The notes beneath the pieces were generated by a model. The model did not search any database. It was not told the DNA's origin and saw only the letters and a program-made list of their open reading frames with translations. The position numbers and the translations under genes were made by a program. From the NCBI GenBank assembly GCA_951406725.2, contig OX597823.1, positions 48,422,001 through 48,486,000 of the forward strand: a DNA stretch of 64,000 nucleotides. Reading direction: 5' to 3'. This document shows, piece by piece, positions 26,461 through 39,541 of this stretch; the first letter of the stretch is position 1; every line of letters begins with the position of its first letter. This DNA is from Octopus vulgaris (lineage: Eukaryota).

Positions 26461-28151
26461 CATGTTTGTTTGTATAAATAAATAAATAAATAGATAAATA
26501 TATATATATATATATCTCACACACACACACACATATATATACATGCACATACATGTATGTGTGTATATCTTTTATCTTTTACTTGTTTCAGTGTCATGCT
26601 GGGGCACTGCCTCGAACAGTTTGATTTAGTCAAATGAATTGACCCCAGCATGCATTTTTTTGTTAAATCTGGTACTTACTTTATTGGTCTTTTTTGCCGA
26701 ACTATTAAGTTATGGGCATGCAAATACACCAATGCTGATTGTCAAGCAGTGTTGATGGACAAACACAGATACAAAGACAAAGACACACACACACATATAT
26801 ATACATATATTCAGATATATATTTATATGATGGCCTTCTTTCAGTTTCTATCTACCAAATCCACTTGCAAGGCTTTGGTTGACCCAAGGTTATAGTAGAA
26901 TACACTTGCCCAAGTTGCCACACAGTGAGATTGAACCGGAAAACATGTAGTTTGGAAGCAAGCTTCTTACCACATAAAAAGCTGTCATCAGATGATGGGT
27001 TAATTGGCCAAAACTTCAAAGTCACTGCCAACAATATTCTTGCTTAAGAATAAATATCTATTGTACAAAAGTATCCAGTGACCTATCAGATTGATGTAAA
27101 ATTGTTTTTATCATAAGTGAACATAAAACAAACATTACCTTAATACACATACATACATATGTACACACACACACATATATATATATACACATATACATAC
27201 ATATATGCACACGCACATACATTATATATATATATATACACATATATATATATACATACATATATATATACATACATATATATATATACATATATATATA
27301 TACATACATGCATATATATATATATATACATACATATATATATATATATGTACACACACATACATATATATACATATATACACGTGCACACACACACATA
27401 CATATATCACACATATATGCATATACATGTAAAGAGCACAGTGTATAACCATTGCACTGGAACCATATGTTCCATTATACTCTTTCTTTCGTGAATCTTT
27501 ATCATTAACTCAAACAGTCAGCCCTACATGCTACCCTCTCTCAAATTTCTATAGTACTATTAAAAAAAGAAAATCTTTTATGGAGACATTGTGTCCCCCA
27601 TAACAACTTCTGATGAAGTGATGGTGAGAGATCGCATAGCAGACACATATATATATATATATATATAACACTGATTTGATAGTTCTGTAAATAGGGACAT
27701 GGACATGAATTGTTAAAGCTGGTATCTTCTAGTGAGATGATGTTAGTTGAATGAATCAACCCTGGAACTTTTTTTGTAAAGCCTGGTATTTTTTCTATCG
27801 ATCTCTTTTGCTGATCAGCTAAGTTATGGGGATATAAACAAACCAACACGAGTTGTCAAGCAGTGGTGGGAGGGACAAACAACACATAGATCAGCATGTG
27901 TGTGTGTGTGTGTGTGTGAGTAAAAGTCAGTGAACAGCGATGACGAAACCGGTATGATTTTCTATATTGACTCATGATAATAATTTTTATACTTCTTAAT
28001 TCCACCTCAAATCATTTATTTGTATGTATAAATCTTTGTTTTTATTTTTAAAAAAGCCCTTAGTTTTATACCTAGAGTGCATTTTTTTGTTTCTTTTTAC
28101 TTTTCCCCTATTTGAACCATGTGTACTCTTTTTTCTTTGAAACCCTCTTCT

Positions 28152-28207
<56 letters not shown>

Positions 28208-28358
28208 GGAGGTTATGAGAGGTAATGGTGTCAGTGAGACTCAAAGGTGTCAGGTAATGCTGAATAAGTGCTATGGATAGACCATAGTTGAGTTCCAGAT
28301 TCGGTGATTATGTGAATAAGGGTTAGCTTAATCACTGAACCTGGAACTCAGCTATAGT

Positions 28359-28405
<47 letters not shown>

Positions 28406-28409
<4 letters not shown>

Positions 28410-29673
28410 GCCATTAAGAATGCACCAAGTTTGACAGTTGTTAACTCTGATGTTTTATCCTAACAATTCTTTGTTTTACAACATTGAAAAGTTACATCAT
28501 CACTTTTCCAAATGCAATTCATGGTGTCTGATTATATTGTGAGTTTTCTCTTGTAAATCAATTTTTGTGAACCCATGGATAGATAAAAAATCCGTGTTGT
28601 TTATGAATATGAGTTCTGTCATGGAACCAATGCATCCTAGACAGCTCAAAACATTAATGAAGCATTTGGTGAAGATGTGGTGAATGAGTGCACTGAATAC
28701 CGATGGTTTGAGAAGTTTCAGTCTGGTGACTTTGCTCTTGAAAATCAGCCCCATGGTAGACCTGAGACCAAGGTGGATAATGATGAGCTAGAAACTGTAG
28801 TGGAAGTGAATACATCTCTAAATATGCATGAGTTAGCAGCAAGGTTTGATATTTTGATTCCAACTGTATTGGACCATCTGAAACAAATGAGCAAGGTAAA
28901 GAAGCTGAACTAGTGGGAACCATCATGAACTGAATGAGCACCAAATGACATGTCAATTTGAATCTTGCTGTTCTTTGCTGTCGCAGCATAGAAGTGAACC
29001 ATTTTTACATCGTATTGTTACGTGTGATGAATAGTAGATTCTTTTCAACAATAGCAAGTGTTCTGCACAATGGTTGGATAGAGATGAAGAGCCAAAACAC
29101 AATCCAAAAAAGAATATTCACCAAAAAAAAGCTAATGGTGTCTGTTTGGTGGTCCAGCACTGGCATCATCCATTACAACTTCATGAAATCTGGTAATTCA
29201 ATTACAGCGGATGTATACATCAACCAACTGGATGAAATGATGAATGAACTTGTAATTAAACAACTGAGATTGGTCAACAGAGACAGGCCATTTCTTTTGC
29301 AAGACAATGCTCAACTACATGTTGCACAAAGAACACTACTCAAGTTACAGGAACTGAACTTGGAAGTACTCTGTCATCCACTATATTCACCAGATCTTGC
29401 ACCAATTGACTATCATGCTTTCCAGGCATTAGACAACTTTTTGAAAGGAAAACACTTTCAAATCTGAAGAAGATGCAAAAACAGCCTTTTGTGATTTCAT
29501 CACTTCTTGCTCTCCAGAATTCTTTGCTGCAGGCATAAATAAGCTACTGATAAAATGGCAAAATTGTGTTGATAGTTTAGGTGCATACTTTGATTAACAG
29601 CCTTGCTTTGTGTTGAGATAAACTAAAATAAACTTTCAGTTTGAAATCAGACATTTCATCTTTAATGACCTGA
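28406..29673 (+). mobile_element. Near full-length mariner transposon (Hsmar1/cecropia-like), transposase pseudogenised
   Basis: Termini tcaggccattaa / ttaatgacctga flanked by TA. Fragments RWFEKFQSGDFALE, VTCDE, KKLMVSVWWS, LQDNA, HPLYSPDLAPIDYHAFQALDNFL with stops and frameshifts (ATG ~28576, stop ~29597). Confidence 0.92.
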
Positions 29674-29993
29674 TATATATATATATATATATATGCACAT
29701 ATATATATGATGGGCGTCTTTCAGTTTTCATCTACCAAATCCACTCACAAGGTTTTGGTTGGCCCAAAGTTATAGGAGAGTCACTTGTCCAAGGTACCAC
29801 ACAATGGAATTGAACCCAGATTCATGTAGTTGAGAAGCAAACTTCTTACCACAGAGCTGCATCTTGATCATAAAAACGACACTGGATATATATTTTTTTA
29901 ATGACACAGTTTGAACACATTGACTAATCAATAACACCCTCTGCACTCTCAACTAATCAAAATAAGAGAATATTATTGTCAAAACATGATTAA

Positions 29994-30210
29994 CCCTTTC
30001 GTTATTGCATTTATTTTGAGATGTTCTGTGTTCCTTTCAATTAATTTTAAATATAACAAAGAATTTAGTAAAATAACTTAGTTATCATTAAGCTAGTGTT
30101 AGAAACATAAATTGTGACTAAGGTTTGGTGGAAGTTATTCAAAACTTACGAAAACAAAATATTTGCACTCAGACCCAGAGCCGGTTTTGGCTGGGTTGGT
30201 AACAAAAGGG
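29994..30210. mobile_element. Second piggyBac-type MITE family
   Basis: ttaa|ccctttcgtta ... taacaaaaggg|ctaa. Confidence 0.6.
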
Positions 30211-31213
30211 CTAATACCTTATTCTAAACAATAATTTCTTACATAAAAAAACGACTCAGAAATTTGAGAGGAGATAAATATTTGATTACATTGATCCTAG
30301 TATTTCACTGGCACAATGTTGACCTCTGTGGGATTTGAACTTAAAATGTAAAGAGCAAGAACGAATAACACCATCACCTCCAATACTTGACTAGTACAGG
30401 TACTTTACTTTATGACCTTGAAAAGATGAAAGGCAACATTGACCTTAGCAGGATTTGAACACAGAATGTAAGGAGCCAAAATAAATACAACAGGCCTTTT
30501 TGTCTGATGCTTTAATTGATTCCACTAATCTAATCAACAACAACAACAGTAGCATTATAATTAAACCCACCACTTAACCAAATTGATAGATTTTATTTCT
30601 TAAAGTAATTTCTAATATAGAAGCGAAATGTTTATTGTTAAGGACGAAAAGAAAAAAAATATTAAGAAAGAAATTTATTAGTGCTAAAAGTTAGATTATC
30701 CCTGAGTAACAGTAATTTGTAGATGTTTAAATAAGAAAAATAATTTTAACAGTGACCTAAGTACCACCGATACAATGACAAAATCTTTTAGAAACGCTCA
30801 TACTTAAAACATGTTGTTCCTGACTGAAATTGAATAAATATGAATATTGCATGTACATGTGTATGTGTGTGTGTGTTTGTGTGTTTGTGTGTGTGCATGG
30901 GTGTGGGCACACATGCACATGTTTGTGTGAGTATGTGTATGTGTGTGTGTGTGTGTGTATATATACACATGTATATGTGTGCATATCTATAACTATACCT
31001 ATATTTGCATTTATATGTGTGTGAGTGTGTGTGTGTGTATATATCTATTTATATGTATATATATTTATACATATATATATTGATATGTGGGTGTATATGT
31101 GTATATATATATATGTGTGTGTGAGAGAGAGAGAGGCACAAACACTTATGACTGTGTATGTATATTATATTATACATATATATGTACACGCACACTCACC
31201 CCCACACACACAT

Positions 31214-31248
<35 letters not shown>

Positions 31249-32079
31249 CATATACTTAAGAAATGTGAAATTATATCTAGATTGATGAGGAATTGCAGAA
31301 ATGAAATGGATATAAATACCACACAACACTTAAAATATATTACATATATACATGCAAAGTGAGGAGGATAGAATAATGAAAGAGAAAAATCAAGAAGCAA
31401 AAATGTTTAAGTTGTAAATGTTGATAGTAATTATCTGATAAATGAAGAAAACAACTTCATGTTGTAGAGAATAAAAAGTAAAAATTAAAAAAAAAAATAA
31501 ATAAACAAGACAAAAAGATGAAGAAAAAAAAAATGAAACAGAAACTAGAGACAAGATTTCTGTATAGGAATAACTGTAGTAAAACATTAGAGATAAATAA
31601 TTCATCTTCTCTGCTATCTGATTGAAAAAGTTCACAGAATAGTAAAACAGATAAAAAAATTTTTAAAAAGAATGTAAAAAAAAAAGCATAAAATCTATGC
31701 AACATTTACCAATATACATACACACACACACAAACATATATACATACATATATATATATATATACATATATACATACATATAAATATATATATATATATA
31801 TATACATATATATATGTATATATATGTAAGTATAAATGAATAAAGAAATAAAGAAAAGAAATAAATCTATATTGCTTTAATAAACTTTCAGACTTGTTAA
31901 AAAGAAAAATGTTCTTATTTAAAAGAAGATATGCTTTAGAAAAAAATATATCCAGTAGGAATATAAAATGTATACATTTCATATTCAAAATCAAAGTACT
32001 TCATGAACGAGACAATTTGTTGAGATTTATAGTGTGTATATATCATTTGGATTATTTATTTTAGTTTCTAGAAAGTTTG

Positions 32080-32129
32080 TTATTACTTGTTGTTATTATT
32101 ATTATTATTATTTATTATTGGTGTTGCTG

Positions 32130-32172
<43 letters not shown>

Positions 32173-32246
32173 TTTTGTTGCTGTTGTTGTTGTTTTTTTT
32201 CTTGTTGTTGTTGCTGCTGCTGCTACTCTTCTTCTGATTATTATTA

Positions 32247-32283
<37 letters not shown>

Positions 32284-32295
32284 CATCATCATCAT
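32080..32295. repeat. Compound trinucleotide microsatellite (TAT/TGT/TGC/CAT)
   Basis: Direct reading. Confidence 0.9.
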
Positions 32296-33499
32296 CAGGT
32301 CCTCTCATAAGTTCTGTCCAAATTTTGAATAAAGAAAACAAGTGATCAAATGTTATATTTAATTGAAATTTAATCATCAATGCATTTTCCTTGATTATTT
32401 ATGACTTTCTTCCATCTATATACAAGCTTTTTAATCCCATCAATGTAAAACTCTTTTGGTTTCAAAACGAAGAACTCTGAAATGTCAGTTTTGACCTCTT
32501 CCTGGCTTGCGAAACTTATGTCCCCCAAATGATTCTATAACCTATGAAACAAATGGTAGTCTGAAGGAGCAAGGTTGGGAGAATAAAGTGGATGAGGAAT
32601 TTATTCCCAACCAAGCTCTTCGATCTTCTGTGATATTATCTTTCCAGTGTGGGGTTGCGCATTGTGCTGATGAAACATCACTCCTTTTCGATTCACTAAA
32701 GCGGGTCTTTTTTTCTTCAAAGCTTAGTTCAAACGCTCTAATTGCTGACAGTAGACTTGAGCATTGATTGTTGCGGTATGTGGTAACAATTCAAAGTGAA
32801 TTACTCCTTTGCAATCCCAACAGATAGAGAGAACCTTTTTTCCATGAAGTTCCCTTCTCGGTTCTGGTTGAGCTTTTTCCCTTTTACCAAGCCACTGTTT
32901 ACGACGTTTAACATTTCGATAGAAGATTCATTTTTCATCACCAGTCACAAGTCTATCCAAAAAGGATGAAATGGGTTTGTGAGAATGGAGAGAAGAGTAG
33001 ATGTCAATCAGGGATTGAAGATGATGATGAACAGTTGCACAGTTTGAACTAAGCTTTATTGCCAATTCTTCAACTGATAATGCAGGATTTTCTTCAAGTA
33101 ATGCCTCATCAAACTCAACTGAACATCCTGTTTGATCTTCATCTTCAATGCTGAAATCTCCACTTCTGAATTTTGCAAACCATCTTCTGCAAGTTCTTTC
33201 ATTCAAGCATTCTTACACATAAACTGAGTACGTTTCAAATCGCTTCAGCTGCAGAGTTTCCTTTTTTGTACTCATAAAGCATTACGTGCCTCAAATGCTC
33301 TTTGGATACTTCCATGTTAGAGAGGGTTTTAATCTAAGAAATTTTAATTCTATTATTCTGTAAAATAATATTTAATTTGTTTAAATGTACACAAATGCAT
33401 AAAAATAATTTTAAATTCCATTAGACATTCTAAAATACTATTAAATTTTATTCAATTTTAAAAAAGGTAAAATCGGACAGAACTTATGGGATGGCCTGA
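32295..33499 (-). mobile_element. Second mariner family, decayed transposase
   Basis: TIRs tcaggtcctctcataagttctgtcc / ggacagaacttatgggatggcctga. MEVSKEHLRHVMLYEYKKG from 33315, RRWFAKFRSGDFSIED, LDRLVTGDEK; frameshifted. Confidence 0.9.
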
Positions 33500-33611
33500 T
33501 ATTGTTATAATTATTATTATGTTATATGTTTATCTATCTTTAAGTGAAGTTATTTATAAGGTGTTCAATTAATAAGTGGATTTTGTTTTTTTAATTTCTT
33601 ATTTGTATGCA

Positions 33612-35054
33612 CCATTTTCTTCCAGTACTGTCTCAACAATGGTGCTACTCCGGAGCAGTGGAAAACTGCCAGTGTCATTCCTCTGTTCAAAAAGGGCGAC
33701 CGCACATCACCTGTCAACTATCGCCCAGTCAGTCTCACTAGCTGTATTGCAAAACTGATGGAATCGTGTGTCAGAGAAACACTCTGGAACTTCTGGAGCT
33801 CTCACAGTCTCATCCGACCCTCACAATATGGATTTGTCCCTAACTCCAGCTGCAGTGACCAGCTTGTCGAGTTCCTTGAGGACATTACTCAGATTACTGA
33901 CAGTGGCTCATGGGTGGATGTTGTCTACCTTGACTTTGCTAAGGCTTTCAACTCTGTGCCACACAAAAGGCTTATGGTGAAACTCTCTGCAATGGGTGTG
34001 GGGGATGACCTTTTTAACTGGTTGAAATCCTTCATCCTCAGCCGAAAGGAGGTAGTCACAGTTCTAGGACAGCACTCTACACCATATGAGATGTCATCGG
34101 GTGTACCACAGGGATCTGTCCTTGGTCCCCTCTTGTTTGTGGCATACATTAACGACATAGATGCCAATTTAAAGAATGCCACAGTATTGAAATATGCAGA
34201 CGACATCAAGCTGTACCTTGAAATCAAGAGGACAGATCCTGATGTCTACAACTCTTTCCTGCAATCAGACCTAGACACAATGCAGCAATGGATCACAGAC
34301 TGGCAACTGAAACTGGCTGTGGACAAGTGTACCACCATGCATTTTGGGAGAAAAAACCCTGCGTTCACATACTCCCTCCACAACACTGATATCAAGAAAT
34401 CCTCTTGTGAGCGTGACCTAGGCATCACTGTCAGCAGTGATTTGCGTTGGTCAAAGCATATCTCTAAGATTGTCAGGAAGGCCGAGGGTGTCTTGGCATC
34501 ACTCAGCAGGTCTTTTGTTAGCCGCTCTCCAGCCATCTATTTAAAACTGTATACAGCTATGGTACGACCACACTTGGAATTCGCATCATCAGTTTGGAAC
34601 CCCTATCTTGCACAGAACATTGACCTCCTGGAATCTGTCCAGAGACGTGCAACCAAACGCATACCCTCCATCAGACACCTACCATATTCTGAGCGCCTTG
34701 TTTCCCTGGGCATGGATTCACTGAAGCTCCGGCGTTTGGCGACGGACTTGGTAAACACCCACAAAGTTATCAACCACCTCACCAACAACAACACTGAACA
34801 CCTTTTTGATCTCCATGTGTCTAACACACGTGGACATGCCTACAAAGTCAGAAAACAATACAGCTCCCATGACTTTCGGAAACATTTTTTCACGCTCAGA
34901 GTTGCTGAAGCATGGAATAAACTGCCTGCGTCAGTTGTTGACTGCCATGACACTGCATCTTTTAAGGCCCTCATGCTTTCCGAAATCCGCCGAAACTACA
35001 CCTGATTATATATACACTTTAGATGAGTTGTAGTGCACCTGAGCACTGTACACA

Positions 35055-35086
<32 letters not shown>
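33612..35086 (+). mobile_element. 5'-truncated non-LTR retrotransposon (CR1/L2-group LINE) with uninterrupted RT frame, short 3' UTR stem-loop and (TAT)n tail
   Basis: Frame is open upstream of the annotated ATG (FQYCLNNGATPEQWKTASVIPLFKKGDRTSPVNYRPVSLTS); 3' UTR agtgc-acctga-gcact hairpin then (att)n. No endonuclease domain or ORF1 present. Confidence 0.93.
33758..35005 (+). CDS. LINE ORF2 reverse transcriptase and C-terminal region (415 aa, N-terminally truncated)
   Basis: Motifs QYGF, YLDFAKAFNSVPH, GVPQGSVLGPLLF, YADD, ERDLGI, RPHLEFASSVWNP, TRGH...FF..RVAEAWNKLP. Confidence 0.92.
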   Translation: MESCVRETLWNFWSSHSLIRPSQYGFVPNSSCSDQLVEFLEDITQITDSGSWVDVVYLDFAKAFNSVPHKRLMVKLSAMGVGDDLFNWLKSFILSRKEVVTVLGQHSTPYEMSSGVPQGSVLGPLLFVAYINDIDANLKNATVLKYADDIKLYLEIKRTDPDVYNSFLQSDLDTMQQWITDWQLKLAVDKCTTMHFGRKNPAFTYSLHNTDIKKSSCERDLGITVSSDLRWSKHISKIVRKAEGVLASLSRSFVSRSPAIYLKLYTAMVRPHLEFASSVWNPYLAQNIDLLESVQRRATKRIPSIRHLPYSERLVSLGMDSLKLRRLATDLVNTHKVINHLTNNNTEHLFDLHVSNTRGHAYKVRKQYSSHDFRKHFFTLRVAEAWNKLPASVVDCHDTASFKALMLSEIRRNYT

Positions 35087-35087
<1 letters not shown>

Positions 35088-35786
35088 AAATACCCATCAA
35101 ATGTAGGAAGTGAACAGCTGAAGTATTTAAGAGAGAGAGAGAGAGAGAAAGAGAAAGAAAGCTATACTGGATGGGAAGATACTAAGTGAAAATGAATGGA
35201 TAAAGTCAGGTGACTATATACCATCATTTCTGTAGTCATTGTATTTCATTTAACACAACATGGGCATACCACCTAGGCTAATAACCACTTTAGTGATGCT
35301 GGTGGAAGTACATTGTGCACTTACAAGAGAGCACTATGGCAAATGTGGAAAGGTTGTGATTTTATTTTTCTTTAAAACAATATTTAAACAAAGTACAATA
35401 CTTATATTTGAAGTACAATTCCCAACTCCCCACCACACACACACAAAGAAAAAAACAAACATTTGTTTTGATTAAATTATGATAAAAGAAAGTTATCTGT
35501 AAGCAGAAAAATATGACTGATGATGAGTGAAGGTTCAATATAATTTTTTCATTTCCATAGAGATTAAATACTGGGATCACTAGTTTATGCAAATATCTGA
35601 TGGACATACTGGATGGGATAACATGGGAGAGGGCAGGAGTGGGACTGTTTATAAAATTCCATTCCATGAAAGAGGATGTTAAGCTACAAAAGTTTGAAAG
35701 CCTCTGATTTATCAAAATGCAATTATTGTTGTTGTCTAGTCATGTTGTTGATCAGTCATGATTAAATAGACTTATGATCAAAAGTA

Positions 35787-36165
35787 TTCCAACTGATCTT
35801 TCACAATGTTCAGAAAGTCACATGATCCAGTGTGTCCTTTGCTTTTAAAAAAGAAGTACAGAAATCTTGCTGTTATTTCTAGCAGGTCAAAGAACTGCAT
35901 TAGAGTCTCTAATGTTCCAAATGATCTTTCACAATGTTCAGAAGATCACATGATCCAGTGTGTCCTTTGTTTTTAAAACAGAAGTACAGAAATCTTGCTG
36001 TTATTTCTAGCAGGTCAAAGAACTGCATTAGAGTCTCTAATGTTCCAAATAATCTTTTGCAATGTTCAGAAAGTCACATGATCCAGTGTGTCCTTTGTTT
36101 TTAAAACAGAAGTACAGAAATCTTGCTGTTATTTCTAGCAGGTCAAAGAATTGCATTAAAGTCTT
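35787..36165. repeat. Tandem repeat, 128-bp unit, about 3 copies
   Basis: t(g/a)atcttt..caatgttcagaa at 35794, 35922 and 36050. Confidence 0.92.
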
Positions 36166-36621
36166 TGTATTGACTTGCCATTCAGAAATTTCTCTGGACA
36201 ACTACAAATGCCATAATAAATGAATAAACCAGAGAAATTCAGACAGATTATTTTTTTGATTATTAGACATCAAATGAATGGTTCAATTAACAGCTTGGAA
36301 CAGTGAGATTATCACACTCTTTCACATGGTTGCTGCCACACTACTATTTTCCATTTTTAGCTCTGCTTTTTATTTTCATGCTAGCATGGGTTGGATGAAA
36401 TTTCTTGAGGACATATTCCACAGTTGGTTGCACTTTCTAACGCTATCCCTTGTTTTTTGATAATGGTATTTTAGTCCATGTTTTCACATGTTGAACTATT
36501 GCCAAACATTTTGTTTATGGGAGACAAAGACTCACAGATATAAACACCCACACCCACCCACACACACACACACAACAAAACCTCCATAAACTAGAAACCC
36601 AGAAACAAGTATTACTCTTAC

Positions 36622-36669
36622 CAGAATCAGAATCTTTATGAAGAATAATCGTGTGGTATAAATGGTGTA
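36622..36669 (-). CDS. Candidate 48-nt exon (phase 1 to 1), xHHLYHTIILHKDSDSG, resembling the first strand of a PDZ domain
   Basis: ggttttgttgtatatag|TACACC...GATTCTG|gtaaga gives good splice signals, but no connecting exons to exon A were found. Confidence 0.3.
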
Positions 36670-37937
36670 CTATATACAACAAAACCATCATAAACTAAAA
36701 ATTTAAGAACCCCTTAAACAAGTTTACCCTTATGACAGCTAGAATTTCAATGAAGATCAACTTAAAACCAAAAGAACATGGAAAACAAAATGCAAATTTA
36801 TTATCAGTTCAAATATGCTTATGAAAGCCATTCACTATTATTATTATTATTATTATTTCAATTATTCTTATTGTTACTATTTTTCTATCCCAGTTTTAAA
36901 GTTATTTTTTAAAATCCTGTTGTGTGCCTCTGTAGAATTGTGTTATAGTTGTTTAGGGAGTTCTGTTTGAAGGAGAAAACAAAAAAAATTCTTGTTTAAA
37001 TGAAAGTTGGAACTAGCATGGAACATGTATAATAAAAAATAAAAAAAACAAAAATAAAAAAAAATTCTATGAAATAAAAGAACACCATAAAAATATTCTT
37101 GAAATATGGAGAAAATTTCTTGCTGTAGACAGTCAGGTTAGGGGTTGCTCTGAGCTGACTCTGTGAATTTACACCTATTTGTCTACACAAGCATATTTGA
37201 ACTGGTAACAAGTTTGTATTTATACAAAGAGTTTTACTCAAACAGATCAACTCCAGTACGTATATTTAAGCCTGATACTTATTCAATTGGACTCTTTTGC
37301 CACAAGGACATAAACAAACCAACATACAAACACAGACACACAAACACACACATGATGAGTTTCCACACATTTTCAGTCTACCAAATTCACTCATAAAGTA
37401 TTGGTTACCTTGGGGCTATAGATGTATACATACATCACTGCTTAATGCTGTTACTCCATACAAGATACAAAAGTCACAATCAACAAGCACGTCAAACATA
37501 TACACCTGTCGTCACCTAACATATATGATTATGTATAAATGACAGGCTTATATGTACAGTGCCCATGTACCAAATTTCACTCACTGGGTACTGGTCAGCC
37601 TCAGGTTATAGTCAAAGACACTTGCCCATGATACCACATGATGAAACTGAGCTTGGAATCACATAACTACAAAGTGAATGTCTTAAGCATACAGTCATGC
37701 CTGTGTCTATAACAACATCCATGTGGTGTATTAGACAAAAATTGCTTTATACAACAAATTGGAGAAAATTACCTATATTGAACATAGAAGAATTAAAATT
37801 TCCTCAAAACCATAGATTATAGAGTTCTAATAGAACAAATAGAACAACATATAGTACATAGATGGTTGATGTTTCATTAATGAAATAAAGATGATGTCTA
37901 ATGATGTATACTACTTTTATCATTTAAAAAATAATAT

Positions 37938-38602
37938 ATAGCAACAGAAGCAGTGTTAATACCAAAAGATAATCTTGATCTCCAATTTAATGTTAGAACA
38001 CAGAATTCTGTCATATTTACCTTGAGTGGATCTCTCATAAGGACTCGTAGTGCATAAAAAGTACACATAATTATATCACTGATAGACAAGAATAGTCTGC
38101 TATGGCCACTGGAACTGCTACATCATGTGATTTCACCCTGCTATGGGTTCTTCAGTGACAGATGTCCAGCAGTGTGATAACTGAATCTCCCGTCAATGAT
38201 ATATAGAGTCTCAGGGTTTATTCAGGTACTGCTGTTGCAAATAGCCAGTGGACTTATTAAAAAAATAATTAATTAATAGTAACAGAAGCAGTATTAGTAC
38301 TAAGAGATAATCCTGCTCTCCATCTTAACATGGAAGTTGAGTTAGAACACACAATACTGTGGTATTTACCTTGAGTGGATCTGTCATAAGGACTCATAAT
38401 ACATAAAAAGTACACATAATTATATCACTGACAGATGAGAACCATCTACTAAGGCCACTGAAACTGCTAGATCACGTGATTTCACCTTGCTATGGGTTCT
38501 TCAGTGACAGATGCCTAGCAGTGTGATAACAACCAAATCTCCCATCAATGATATATAGAATCACAGAGTCTATTCAGGCACTGTTGTTGCAAATAGCCAG
38601 TG
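37938..38602. repeat. Diverged tandem duplication of a ~320-340-bp unit
   Basis: aacagaagcagt...gttgcaaatagccagtg at 37938-38249 and 38276-38602. Confidence 0.88.
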
Positions 38603-39506
38603 ACCTCCTCAAGGTATATAATGCAGTACTCTGTGTTCTAACATAATCTCCACAGATCAAGATTCCCTTTTACACTTAAATATATAAGATTCCATCAGTA
38701 GTCAAAACAGTTGGTTATATGACTGCAAATTCATAATAATTCATTGAATCTCTGCTTTCCTGTTCAATAACCACCAGTATGAATTTTGTAGAATTAAATC
38801 TAATGGACACCTGCTCTCCTATATCATATATGGCTGTTAAGAGTTTTAGCAGAAATTTCTGCTTCTGACATTAACAAAGACCTTAATTGTGAGACACAAG
38901 TATTTTTGGCAAACCTCTGCTTGGCATTAAACACCTGGATCAAAAGCAAACTGATTGATAGCAGATTCCATCATAGCATGTGTTAAGTGAACTTTCTCTG
39001 ACCTCAGTTTTCTCTCAGAAATTTTCCTCTCCCTGTTAATGACCTAATTACTATCAACTCTCTCTCTCTCCCCATCATCCATCGATACATAGATACATAT
39101 ATTAATTCAATGCCAAGTATTGATGCAATTATATACATCAGTTGATATAGTAATTTTTTTTTGTTGTTTTTTTTTTTCCTGTTATTAAAAAAGAATTCCT
39201 TCAATTTGAACATTTTCTTATCTTAAATAAAAGAAAAAAGGATTTACACACACTCATACACAAATATATACAAGCATAATTCAAAACAGAATAAACTCCA
39301 GAAAAGGTAGAATTAATTAACATTGAGAACTATTATTAGAATATTCTTAGAATTATTAACATCTTTCATCAATGCCAAATTCAATCCAGATGATAGTTGA
39401 AATGGAATATATAGTCATGGAAATAACATAAAACATTTTGCTCATTGTCCAAAACTCTGCAGACATCTACCTTCATTTAATAATGACAATATTAATCCTG
39501 ATATTT

Positions 39507-39541
<35 letters not shown>

